A stretch of 64,000 nucleotides of DNA from Spirochaetia bacterium (GTDB lineage: Bacteria > Spirochaetota > Spirochaetia > CADAEX01): contig OY759746.1 of the NCBI GenBank assembly GCA_963662795.1, positions 1,344,001 to 1,408,000 on the forward strand, in the 5' to 3' direction. Position numbers and translations under genes: made by a program. A model generated the notes under the pieces. It was not told the origin of the DNA. It made no database searches and saw only the letters and a list, made by a program, of their open reading frames with translations. Positions 40,488-49,859 of this stretch are shown here, piece by piece. The stretch's first letter is position 1, and the number at the start of each line of letters is the position of its first letter.

Positions 40488-41897
40488 ATGTGTCCGGACA
40501 GGGTTCCGGAGGTAAAAGCGCGGGATGGAGAAAAATCAGGCTTTCAATCGCCGCATCAGTTTTCATCCTTTTCCTTTTTACTTCTTTTTCAGCCTCTCCG
40601 CCCGCATTAATACTTTCAAGGCTCCTTTCAAGGATACAGCTTGTCCCGGCAATTCTCAGGGCTTCAGGGATATCTGAAGCATTATCAGGCGCCGCTGAAA
40701 ATATCCATCCCGGCGTGCTGATTTCTGCTGTTTCCGTTACGGCAGCCGCGCTTCTTATTATGCTGTCTGCGTTTCTCTTCGGCAGGGCATACTGCTCGCT
40801 TATCTGCCCTCTCGGTCTCTTCCAGGATATTTTTATTGAAACCCGGAGAAAACCAGCTTCCGGAAGGTTCCGCTTTTTAAAACCGTTTAACGGCGCAGGA
40901 TTCGGGATCCTGCTGCTTTGTACCGCTGCCGCGTTTGCCGGAATAATGCTGCCTCTCATTCTTCTTGAACCATATTCCATCTGGGGAAGGGTTACGCTTG
41001 ATATCGCCCATCCCCTGTCGGTTCTGACAGGAAGGGCAGTTTTTACTGCACTGAGACCTTTCGGAATATTTATAAATTTGATCCGGTATAATTTTAATCT
41101 GCCGGTTTTTGCTGTTACATTTCTGGCAGCTTCAGCCCTGATTTTCTTAACCCTGAAAAAGGGAAGGGTTTACTGTTCTCTTGTATGCCCGGACGGAACA
41201 CTGCTCGGCCTTTTAAGCCGTAATTCGCTCAGCAGGGTAGCTATTGACCCCTTGCTTTGCACATCGTGCGGATTATGTGAAAAAAAATGCAGGACAGGCT
41301 GTATTGATTCAAAGGGGAAAAAAGTAGACATCTCGCGGTGCGTAATGCCGGCGACTGCCTTGCAGGCTGTCCGGTCGATGCAATAAAGTACACAAAAAAA
41401 GCTGCCGCAGGTGTGTTTCCGTCTGCCCGACAAATGTTCTCCAGCCCTCCCTTTTCGAATACGGAATAAAGGGGATACTTCAGCCTGTCATGGATTACAG
41501 GAGCGGGTTCTGCGAATTCGAATGCACTGAATGCACCCACACATGCCCCACAGGGGCAATAATGCCGCTAACGGCAGAGGTGAAAAAGTCAATCCAGATA
41601 GGCAGGGTTTATTTTGTTAAGGACAAATGTGTTGTGGTAACAGGCGGCACTATCTGCGGAGCATGCGCGGAAGGGTGTCCCACCCATGCGGTGGGAATGG
41701 AACCGTATAAAAACGGTCTTGATATCCCGGTAACAGATAATTCACTCTGCGTCGGCTGCGGCAGCTGCGAGAACATCTGCCCTGTTCCCGAAAAGGCAAT
41801 ATATGTAAAAGGACTTGAGGTTCACGGAACAGCGGAGGTAAGGGAACCCCTTTACAGGATGCCGAAAGACACTTCAGACGAAGGGTTTCCTTTCTAA
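40484..41897 (+). pseudogene. Disrupted membrane polyferredoxin (4Fe-4S binding) gene
   Basis: GRAYCSLICPLG and CxxCxxCxxxC motifs spread over three frames with breaks near 41348 and 41400. Confidence 0.78.
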
Positions 41898-42041
41898 GGC
41901 CGGCATCGGGTATTATATCCAAAAAAATTACGGAGCTTGATACTATCTGTAAGAGCAGCAGAATTCCTATATGTTTTTCTGTAACTTGTGAATAAGGTTA
42001 AATGAATAAAAAGGTATTTATGGATTGTATATAAAAAACTC

Positions 42042-42125
42042 TGCCCGGAAGAGGACTTGAACCTCCATGCCGCAACCGGCACTAGAACCTGAATCTAGCG
42101 TGTCTACCAATTTCACCATCCGGGC
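42042..42125 (-). tRNA. tRNA-Leu(CAG)
   Basis: Stem CTAGA/TCTAG with loop TTCAGGT, long variable arm, GGTTCAAGTCC. Confidence 0.96.
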
Positions 42126-42137
42126 CTGATAAAATGA

Positions 42138-42166
42138 AATATAAACAACTCGGGTGTTACTGTCAA
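42138..42166 (-). promoter_or_regulatory. tRNA-Leu promoter
   Basis: TTGACA-17-TATATT. Confidence 0.8.
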
Positions 42167-42280
42167 GAACTTACATCCTAAATCAGCATCCGCAGGTTAA
42201 GGAGGACAGTTTATCTTCCTGATACAGATTGCCAAACAGGAAATAAATTGTTAGCTTAACCTAAGGCAAAGGGGAAGAAT

Positions 42281-43105
42281 TTGGGGCTTAAAATACTTTA
42301 CATAGGTGAAATTACAGGTAAACCGGGGGTTTACTGCATCAAAAAACTTCTTCCCGGACTGAAGAAAGAACTGGAAGCGGATTTTACAATTGCGGGGGCA
42401 GAAGGGACAACCGGAGGATTCGGCATCGGAAAAACCCATTCCGTTTACTTAAGAAAGCTGGGAATCGACGTGCTTACGGCCGGGGAAAAGGTTTTCTTTA
42501 AAAAAGACATGGTTGAGCATATTGTGAAAGCCCCCTATGTGCTGAGACCTGCAAATTATCCGCCCGGAGTGCCGGGCAGGGGCTGGAAGGTGTATGAATC
42601 CGGTGAATATAAAATCGGAGTACTTACCCTGCTTGGAAACTCAGGTTTCAGCAGGATACACTTAAGCAACCCTTTTTCGTATCTTCCTGAACTGGTGGAC
42701 AAGATAAAGAGGGAAACAAATATAATAATATTTGATTTTCATGCGGCAACTACAGCGGAAAAAAAGACAATGGCATACCACGGGGACGGGAAAGTATCAG
42801 CTGTAATAGGAAGCCACTCGAAGGTGATGACCGCTGATGAAAAGATTCTTGCCGGCGGAACCGCTGTAATAACAGACGCGGGGAGAACCGGCAGCCAGAA
42901 TTCAGTCGGCGGACTTGACCCGGAGATAGAGATAAGAAAATTCCTTTCCCAGATACCGGAAAGGTCAAAAGACTGTTGGGATAAGCTTGAACTGCAGGGT
43001 GTTCTGGTTGAAATTGATCCCGAAACCGGAAAAGCTCTCAAGATTGAGAGAATAACAAGACCCTGCGAGGCGGTTAAAGAAGAATGTACGAACGAGGAAT
43101 TGTAA
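42281..43105 (+). CDS. YmdB/TIGR00282 family metallophosphoesterase, divergent metal motifs
   Basis: LRPANYP, DFHA, TDAGRTG; family length and layout. Confidence 0.88.
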   Translation: MGLKILYIGEITGKPGVYCIKKLLPGLKKELEADFTIAGAEGTTGGFGIGKTHSVYLRKLGIDVLTAGEKVFFKKDMVEHIVKAPYVLRPANYPPGVPGRGWKVYESGEYKIGVLTLLGNSGFSRIHLSNPFSYLPELVDKIKRETNIIIFDFHAATTAEKKTMAYHGDGKVSAVIGSHSKVMTADEKILAGGTAVITDAGRTGSQNSVGGLDPEIEIRKFLSQIPERSKDCWDKLELQGVLVEIDPETGKALKIERITRPCEAVKEECTNEEL

Positions 43106-43485
43106 CATCAATTGATGAAAACATTATTACCATAAAATGCGGAAAACCGGATCAGTGTAAAGCATGCTCATCTTCATTCTGCAACATAAAAACAAAGAAT
43201 TTCAAAGCCCTGAATCAGGATGTACTTGATCTTAGCGAAGGGGATGAGGTTGAAGTATATATTTCCCCTTCAAAAACAATTGCATACAGCTTTATTGTGC
43301 TGATTTTGCCTCTCCTGATGTTTATCGCGGGTTATTATCTTACAGGGGCGGTTCTGAAGGTCCAGTCAGATGCGGTAAGGGCATTTGGCGGAGTAGCAGG
43401 ACTTGCAGGCGGTTTTTTATTAAGTTTTGCTTATAATTTTTTAAGGAAGAACCATAATCTTCCGGTAGTTACTGAAAAAATATAA
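43084..43485 (+). CDS. RseC/MucC family protein
   Basis: E.G.V start, CxxCxxxxC, GDEVEV, two C-terminal TM helices. Confidence 0.8.
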   Translation: MYERGIVTSIDENIITIKCGKPDQCKACSSSFCNIKTKNFKALNQDVLDLSEGDEVEVYISPSKTIAYSFIVLILPLLMFIAGYYLTGAVLKVQSDAVRAFGGVAGLAGGFLLSFAYNFLRKNHNLPVVTEKI

Positions 43486-43507
43486 CCGGCAGAAAACAAC
43501 TGCCGGT
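43485..43507. terminator. Hairpin between convergent genes
   Basis: ACCGGCAG-aaaacaa-CTGCCGGT. Confidence 0.55.
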
Positions 43508-43531
43508 CTTATGGCATCCTAAAGCTGAAAA

Positions 43532-43912
43532 TCAGAATGCGCTTTCAAACTGCCCTGTTCTAAGGAGCACAAGGGTGCATGCTTCAAGATAGGGAATGGA
43601 GGCTTTTTCAAGGGCTGTTTTAAGCTCATCAGATTCTGTTCCGGGATTTAAAACAACACGCTGAGGTTTTAATTTTATGATGCTGTCAATCAGCGGAGTT
43701 ATCCTTGCAGGCCCTACATAGACAGTAAGTGTATAAACCTCATCCTTAATATCTGTGAGGTCTTTTACTACTTTATGACCTTCGATTGTTTCAAGCTGTG
43801 GATGGACCGGTATAACATTGTAGTTGTGTTCCGACAGCATCTTTACTGCTTTATTGGAATATCTTTCCGGATTATCGCTTGCTCCGAGTACTGCTACATT
43901 TTTGCCTGGCAT
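43532..43912 (-). CDS. CoA-binding protein (YccU-like)
   Basis: VAVLGASDNPERYS, VIPVHP, NPGTE. Confidence 0.88.
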   Translation of the reverse strand: MPGKNVAVLGASDNPERYSNKAVKMLSEHNYNVIPVHPQLETIEGHKVVKDLTDIKDEVYTLTVYVGPARITPLIDSIIKLKPQRVVLNPGTESDELKTALEKASIPYLEACTLVLLRTGQFESAF

Positions 43913-44241
43913 TATTTTCCCCCGAGGCCTTTGTCTATAAAGCTTTTAACTTTCTCTTTGGGAAGAGAGCCGGTAAAACTGTCTACCTTGCTGCCGTCTT
44001 TAAACAGAATCACAGTAGGGATACTCATAACGCCGAACTTTGAAGCAACCTCTCCGTCCTTGTCAACATTTACCTTGTAGCAGTTGACTTTCCCCTTAAG
44101 ATCCTCGGAAAGAGACTCAAGTACAGGCCCGAATATCTTGCATGGCATACACCAGTCTGCGTAAAAATCAACAAGCGCGGTTTCCCTGCCTTCAACTATC
44201 TTTGAATCAAACGAATCTTTGTTTAATATTTCAACACCCAC
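43912..44241 (-). CDS. trxA: Thioredoxin
   Basis: VDFYADWCMPC, SIPT. Confidence 0.93.
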   Translation of the reverse strand: MGVEILNKDSFDSKIVEGRETALVDFYADWCMPCKIFGPVLESLSEDLKGKVNCYKVNVDKDGEVASKFGVMSIPTVILFKDGSKVDSFTGSLPKEKVKSFIDKGLGGK

Positions 44242-44361
44242 ATCTTTCTCCTGTTCAGAAAATATATGTTAAGTTTAATAATAATATGCCAATCAGTCAA
44301 TTTTAATAAATCTTATTTACTGTTTATTGCTACTTTGCTTGTCTTCATGATAATATTGAGC

Positions 44362-44814
44362 ATGTTTGATCTCAGTTTCATAATGCATCTATTTCAAAAA
44401 GAATTTATACTTAAACTGCTTCTGCTTGCGCTGCTGTACTCTATAATACCTCTTTCAGAAACATTTCTTCTGCTGCATCTCGGCGGTCTGTTCGGGAATT
44501 ATCTTATCCTTGCCCTGGCCGCGACTACCGGGCTTATAGGACTTTTTATTGCGTTCAGCGAGGTAAGCTCAATAATCGGATCAATTAAAATCAAGCTGAA
44601 GGAAGGAGTATATCCGGGAAAAGAGTTTATCAGTCTTGCAGGTGTAATGACCGGCGCCCTGCTGCTTCTTACACCGGGTTTTATCACAGACACACTGGGA
44701 TTGCTTCTTTTTATTCCCTTTTTCAGAAACGGGGTCGGAAAATTCATTACATCCAGAATGGAAAACAGTCTTAAGGAAATTTATGAATATCTGAAGCTGT
44801 ACGAACTTGAATAA
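44362..44814 (+). CDS. fxsA: FxsA family membrane protein (start probably ATG 44362)
   Basis: GALLLLTPGFITDTLGLLL.IP. Confidence 0.85.
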   Translation: MFDLSFIMHLFQKEFILKLLLLALLYSIIPLSETFLLLHLGGLFGNYLILALAATTGLIGLFIAFSEVSSIIGSIKIKLKEGVYPGKEFISLAGVMTGALLLLTPGFITDTLGLLLFIPFFRNGVGKFITSRMENSLKEIYEYLKLYELE

Positions 44815-44838
44815 GATAAGCCGGAAAGAACAGCCTTT

Positions 44839-45597
44839 CTATAAACCTCTGATCCGGTAATACAAAAGAACAAAAAAATACCATACATATATAAAAGCAT
44901 TCAATATTTTTACCGGATTCCTGAAAACCTTGCCAAGTTTTTCAGCAAACCGTGTTCCCCCTGTTTTTGCGGGGCGTGATCTTTTGCCGGCAAAAATGTC
45001 AAAACTGTTTCCTATCCAGAGCATTATTCCGGGATTGAAAGCGGCTGTATTCCGGGTTATCCAGTGTCGTCCGCCTGAAAGGCCGACACCGGCAAGGATA
45101 AGGGCAGGGGAAGATTTTTTAATTGCTGTTGCTACATTTTTTTCCATTTCTTTCGGAAAAAAACCTGCGCACCTGCCTACAATGTTAAGGCCGGGAAAAG
45201 ATGATTTGATATTTGATTCAGTAATCCGGAGAACAGATCTTCTTCCCCCGACAAGATAAACAGACTTTCCATAATTTTCTATTACCCCCAGCAGTCTGAT
45301 AACAAAATCAAATGGAAAGTAGAGCTCAGGGATATGCATTCTTTTAAGGAATTTTGCGCCGAAGAGGATGCTTGATGAAATGGGAAGAACCAGTTCCGCC
45401 CTCTCGATATTGGATCTGAGTTCTGTATTGAATTTTGCAAGAAAGATATCACGAAGTGAGATAAGCATTATGTTATAACTTTTTTTTTCTGCCAGCATCT
45501 CCCTGACAGCTTTTTCAAGATCTTCAGAGGAAAATGCATCAACAGGTATGCCTGCGACATCTATCCTTTTTCTGTACTGTCTGAGGTTAGAATCCAT
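44839..45597 (-). CDS. WecG/TagA/CpsF-family glycosyltransferase-like protein, divergent
   Basis: GIPVD, SVYLVGG, FPGLNIVG..GFF, FDIFAG. Confidence 0.78.
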   Translation of the reverse strand: MDSNLRQYRKRIDVAGIPVDAFSSEDLEKAVREMLAEKKSYNIMLISLRDIFLAKFNTELRSNIERAELVLPISSSILFGAKFLKRMHIPELYFPFDFVIRLLGVIENYGKSVYLVGGRRSVLRITESNIKSSFPGLNIVGRCAGFFPKEMEKNVATAIKKSSPALILAGVGLSGGRHWITRNTAAFNPGIMLWIGNSFDIFAGKRSRPAKTGGTRFAEKLGKVFRNPVKILNAFIYVWYFFVLLYYRIRGL

Positions 45598-46376
45598 TTA
45601 TATCTCTCCAGAAGTATTGTTTTAACCGCGGCGATGGAATAAATTGCCGCAGTTTCTGCCCTTAGAACATTCCTGCCAAGCCAAACCGGCAAAAAATTAT
45701 TGTCCTGCAGATATTTTGTTTCGTTATCAGAAAAGCCCCCTTCCGGGCCGATTATTATACTGATTTTTTCAGATGCAGTAAAAAGATACTGGTGCAGCGG
45801 TTTATTGGCAATAGGTTCCTGATGAAAAAACAGTGAGATATTTTTTTCTTCATCTTTTGCCTTATCCGCAGCCTTTTCAAGATCAAGCGGCATTGAAATT
45901 TCAGGTAAAATCCTGCTTCCCGACTGCTGGAGCGCCTCGCGGCATATTTTATTCCACCGGTCTATTCTGGTCTGCCAGTTTTTCTCTTCAATTTTTGAAA
46001 TGGAAAACTCACTTACAACAGGCACAATGGCTGAAACTCCGGCTTCTGTCGCCTGCCTGACAATAATGTCCATTTTTTTCCCTTTAAGAAGACACTGGTA
46101 AAGAATTATCAGGGGGATATTCTCAGCCCCATCCTTTTCCGTATCCAAAATCCTTAAAAGTTTTACTATTGCGTTTTTATTTTTAAATCCGCTTATTTCC
46201 ACTTCCCACAGATTTCCACTGCGGTCGGCAGCCGTAAAAACATTGCCCGGTCTGCACCTGAGAACATTTTTAAGATAATGGGTATCTTTGCTGTCAAGAA
46301 TTACCTCAAGCGGCAATGCCGCCTCTCCGGTCTGTCGCGGATGCGGACCTGCTGCAGGCAGTAAAAACTGTTTCAT
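45561..46376 (-). CDS. rsmE: 16S rRNA m3U1498 methyltransferase
   Basis: HYLKNVLR, QATEAGV, IGPEGGFS, LGRNVLRAETA. Confidence 0.95.
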   Translation of the reverse strand: MKQFLLPAAGPHPRQTGEAALPLEVILDSKDTHYLKNVLRCRPGNVFTAADRSGNLWEVEISGFKNKNAIVKLLRILDTEKDGAENIPLIILYQCLLKGKKMDIIVRQATEAGVSAIVPVVSEFSISKIEEKNWQTRIDRWNKICREALQQSGSRILPEISMPLDLEKAADKAKDEEKNISLFFHQEPIANKPLHQYLFTASEKISIIIGPEGGFSDNETKYLQDNNFLPVWLGRNVLRAETAAIYSIAAVKTILLERYKWILTSDSTEKG

Positions 46377-46411
46377 CTGTTTATTTTCATCTTACATTCA
46401 ACTTACATTCA

Positions 46412-46807
46412 TCAGGCAAGATTTATTATCACAGATCTGCTGCGCGGCCCGTCATATTCACACAGATATATGCCCTGCCAGGTTCCAAGAAGCAGTGTTC
46501 CCTCATGCACGGGGATTGTTACACTGCTTCCGGTGAGAAGAGTTTTTATATGGGCCGCGGAATTGCCCTCGCCGTGACTGTAACCGTCTTCAAACGGAAC
46601 TCTTTTTTCAAGATGATAAAGTATGTCCCTTACTACATCAGGGTCTGCTGCCTCGTTAATTGTAACTCCGGCTGTCGTGTGCGGAACAAAAACAGTGCAA
46701 AGCCCTTCTGTAAAGTTTTCAGAAACAATAATTCTCTTTACAGATGTTGTTATGTCGGTAAAAGCACATCTGCCGGATGTTTTTATATTAATTCTGTTTA
46801 CTGACAT
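46412..46807 (-). CDS. yjbQ: YjbQ/UPF0047 family protein
   Basis: PHTTAGVTINE, HGEGNSAAHIK, LGTWQGIY.CEYDG. Confidence 0.93.
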   Translation of the reverse strand: MSVNRINIKTSGRCAFTDITTSVKRIIVSENFTEGLCTVFVPHTTAGVTINEAADPDVVRDILYHLEKRVPFEDGYSHGEGNSAAHIKTLLTGSSVTIPVHEGTLLLGTWQGIYLCEYDGPRSRSVIINLA

Positions 46808-48227
46808 TCCCTTTTAAATCCCCTTTCTGAATAACGCTCAGCGCTTCCTGCAGAACCAGATCGTATTCAAGGTCGTAGACAGGAGGATCATTGTTTTTCT
46901 TGTTAAGCTCATTCCGTATAAGTTTTCTTATAAATCTGTCTTTAAGGACAATATTCTCTCCCCTCAGGCGGCTGATAAAAGACGCTATATCATTTTCTGC
47001 AGGGGCCGGATTATTTTTTACAAATTCCTGTATCTCGAATTTTTCAACAAGCACTTTATACGATTCAGTCTCTTCTTCCGTAAATTCCTCTTCTTTCACT
47101 TCCCGGTCAGGGACAATCCCGATTTTATCGATATTTACTCCCGAAGGGGTATAATAGCGCGACATTGTCAGCTTGAATCCTCCGTCACCGATGGCCCTTA
47201 CCTGCTGGACAGAACCTTTTCCATAAGATTTTTCACCGACAAGAAGGCCCCGCCTGTTATCCTTTATCGCACCGGCAAGAATTTCAGAGGCAGAGGCAGA
47301 TCCCTTGTCAATCAGTACAACAACAGGCATATCAGGAGGTATGATGGTTTTTCTGTTTGATTTATAAACCCTGTTTTCCGAAGGAATTTTGGATCTTGTG
47401 CTTACAACAACTTCGCCCGACAGAAAAAAATCCGCTATATCAGCAACAGATGAAAGAAGTCCTCCGGGATTTCCCCTTAAATCAACAATAAGCGATTTGT
47501 ATCCTTTCTTTCTGAAATCCTCAAGTCCTGCCTTGATATTTTCAGGCGTCATCGGTGTAAACTGGATTATGCGCAAGTATCCGATATCCTTTCCGATAAT
47601 ATCCATTTTGACAGTTGGTACCACAATATCTTCCCGTACAATATCCAATGTAAAAACAATATCATCGCCCCTTAAAACGGTAATACTGACACTTGTGCCG
47701 GGCTCTCCCCTAAGCATTTTAAGGACCTCATCAAGAGGCATATTTTCTGTCGATTTATCCCCAATCTTTATAATATAGTCTCCGGCGGAAATTCCAAGAC
47801 GGAACGCAGGCGTCCCTTCAATAGGGGCAACAACCCGGACAAACGGGAGATGCTTCTCGTCAAAACTTGTGTCGCCGTAATATTTGCTTATATACATACC
47901 GACCCCGCCGAATTTACCGGTAGTCGTGTCGGAAAGATCGTCCATATCGGAAGCTGATAAAAAAACGGAATACGGGTCGCCAAGGCTTTCAAACATTCCC
48001 TTCATCGCCCCTTCATACAGCTTTTTGGTATCCACATCATCTACATAATAGCTTTTTATAAACTGCATAACCTGCTGAATTACTGTTATATATTCACTCT
48101 GATCATCTGCCGTGCTGTTTTGTGCATAAACAAAGGGGGAAAATGAAAAAAATATAAAAACCAGACAGAGGCCGAAACTTATACCAACCCAGAGATATTT
48201 TTCTTTTTTGATTCCTGAAAACATCAT
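46788..48227 (-). CDS. ctpA: S41 family C-terminal processing peptidase
   Basis: PDZ, DLRGNPGG, SASASEI, GKGSVQ. Confidence 0.93.
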   Translation of the reverse strand: MMFSGIKKEKYLWVGISFGLCLVFIFFSFSPFVYAQNSTADDQSEYITVIQQVMQFIKSYYVDDVDTKKLYEGAMKGMFESLGDPYSVFLSASDMDDLSDTTTGKFGGVGMYISKYYGDTSFDEKHLPFVRVVAPIEGTPAFRLGISAGDYIIKIGDKSTENMPLDEVLKMLRGEPGTSVSITVLRGDDIVFTLDIVREDIVVPTVKMDIIGKDIGYLRIIQFTPMTPENIKAGLEDFRKKGYKSLIVDLRGNPGGLLSSVADIADFFLSGEVVVSTRSKIPSENRVYKSNRKTIIPPDMPVVVLIDKGSASASEILAGAIKDNRRGLLVGEKSYGKGSVQQVRAIGDGGFKLTMSRYYTPSGVNIDKIGIVPDREVKEEEFTEEETESYKVLVEKFEIQEFVKNNPAPAENDIASFISRLRGENIVLKDRFIRKLIRNELNKKNNDPPVYDLEYDLVLQEALSVIQKGDLKGNVSKQN

Positions 48228-48297
48228 TCACCTCTCCTTAAAATAATCTATTTATGACAATAGTTTGTCAAGAAGAATAAAATAATGCGCCGTCTTA

Positions 48298-48326
48298 TTG
48301 ACCTCCTATGCCGCTCTCCGTAAACT
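48298..48326 (+). promoter_or_regulatory. Promoter abutting ATG 48334 (leaderless type)
   Basis: TTGACC-17-TAAACT-7 nt-ATG; the ORF-track TTG start is this -35 box. Confidence 0.65.
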
Positions 48327-48333
48327 TGTCGAA

Positions 48334-48735
48334 ATGAAAAAATTTTTTTTAGCAGGGCTTATCTGGGAATTACTCCGTTTTATATTTCTTGTCTTTCTGA
48401 CTCAGAAAAAAGCAGGTATTGATACATTTCTCTGGATCGCCTCTCAGCAGCTTGTTTTATTTTATCTTTATTTTTTTCTGTGGTACAATAAAGACAGGTA
48501 CTGTCAGTATATGAAAGCTGCCGCAGCCGGAAAATTCATAGGAGTCGCAGCAGGCGCAGTATATATTGCACAGTTTTTTATTAAAGAAAAAATGTTTACA
48601 GCAGGGATAGTTTTTACTTTTAATATTATACTGATTGATGCGATATTCATGATTATAATAATTTTTATAATTAAAAAATATTTCGAAGCGCAATTGAGGG
48701 TAGAGGATGCAGGTAATACCAATAGCCAGTGGTAA
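48334..48735 (+). CDS. Hypothetical 4-TM membrane protein
   Basis: Four hydrophobic segments; overlaps the next gene. Confidence 0.6.
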   Translation: MKKFFLAGLIWELLRFIFLVFLTQKKAGIDTFLWIASQQLVLFYLYFFLWYNKDRYCQYMKAAAAGKFIGVAAGAVYIAQFFIKEKMFTAGIVFTFNIILIDAIFMIIIIFIIKKYFEAQLRVEDAGNTNSQW

Positions 48736-49846
48736 AGGCGGAGTAGGAAAAACTCTTGTATCAGCCAATCTCGCGATAGCCCTTGCCCAGGCAGGAAAGA
48801 GAGTAGTTCTTGCCGATATGGACCTCGGTGGTTCAAATCTGCATATTGTCCTTGGAATGACCGGCCTTAAGGGGGGAATAGGCAGTTTTATCAATAACTC
48901 CGATGTTGCATTTAAATCAATTATTTATAAAACTGATTATAAAAACCTTCTTTTTATCCCCGGAGACTCTGAAATCCCAGGGATGGCTAACCTTAAGGCA
49001 TCGCAGAAAAGAAAGCTGTTAAAAAATCTTTTTGCACTGGATTGCGATTATCTTATCATGGACCTCGGAGCCGGAACAAATTATAACACAATAGACCTGT
49101 TTCTGGCCTCAGGGCAGGGGATAATTGTAACAATGCCGGCGCTTACCGCAACACTTAATGCATATATATTCATAAAGCATTCCATTTTCAGGATAATGGA
49201 CACTTCCTTCCGAAGAAAAACTGTCGCGCGGGAGCACATAGACAGACTCAGGGAAGACAGCTCCGCAATCCAGAAAGTATATATCCCGAAATTTATTGAA
49301 GTTATCAGGAAGGAAGATCCTGAAAGCTATGCACGGTTTATGCAAAAGATAAAAAATTTCTCCCCCCTTCTTATCATGAATATGATTGAAGATCCCAGGC
49401 AGGCCGGGATAGCCGGAAAGCTCAGGAAGTCATGCAGGGAATATCTGGGTCTTGATCTTGAGCATCTGGGAGTCCTTTACAGGGATGATCTGCAGACTGT
49501 TGCCCTAAACTCAAGGCTTCCGATAATTATTTACAAACCGCAGTCTGTTCTTTCCCAGGCTTTCTACAGGATTTCTGAAAAGCTTCTTATGGATTACAGG
49601 CATGATACAAATCCGGATGAGGATTATTTCGATGAGTCATACATGAATGCTGAAATTGAAGCACAGGCGGATTTTTCCGCCAAGATACAATCCATGGAAG
49701 AACTGCTTCACAGCGGCGCGCTCTCATCGGCAGACATGATTGATATTATCAAAACACAGCAGATAGAACTGAATGAGATGAAAAAGGAAAATACTCTGCT
49801 AAAATCAAAGATTGTCAAAGCGGCAAACGCAGGATATAAATTTTAA
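48707..49846 (+). CDS. MinD/FlhG-like P-loop ATPase with C-terminal coiled coil
   Basis: SGKGGVGKT, DMDLGGSNL, DLGAG. Confidence 0.88.
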   Translation: MQVIPIASGKGGVGKTLVSANLAIALAQAGKRVVLADMDLGGSNLHIVLGMTGLKGGIGSFINNSDVAFKSIIYKTDYKNLLFIPGDSEIPGMANLKASQKRKLLKNLFALDCDYLIMDLGAGTNYNTIDLFLASGQGIIVTMPALTATLNAYIFIKHSIFRIMDTSFRRKTVAREHIDRLREDSSAIQKVYIPKFIEVIRKEDPESYARFMQKIKNFSPLLIMNMIEDPRQAGIAGKLRKSCREYLGLDLEHLGVLYRDDLQTVALNSRLPIIIYKPQSVLSQAFYRISEKLLMDYRHDTNPDEDYFDESYMNAEIEAQADFSAKIQSMEELLHSGALSSADMIDIIKTQQIELNEMKKENTLLKSKIVKAANAGYKF

Positions 49847-49859
49847 TACCGGAGTAAAT

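Noticed and set aside
34470-42125. Integrative element at tRNA-Leu
   Set aside because: No integrase and no convincing direct repeat of the tRNA 3' end found by eye
42198-42220. Perfect AAGGAGG between tRNA-Leu and the ymdB-like gene
   Set aside because: No start codon at a suitable distance
44270-44295. Sigma-54 promoter upstream of trxA (TTGGCAT on the minus strand)
   Set aside because: Lacks the GC at -12
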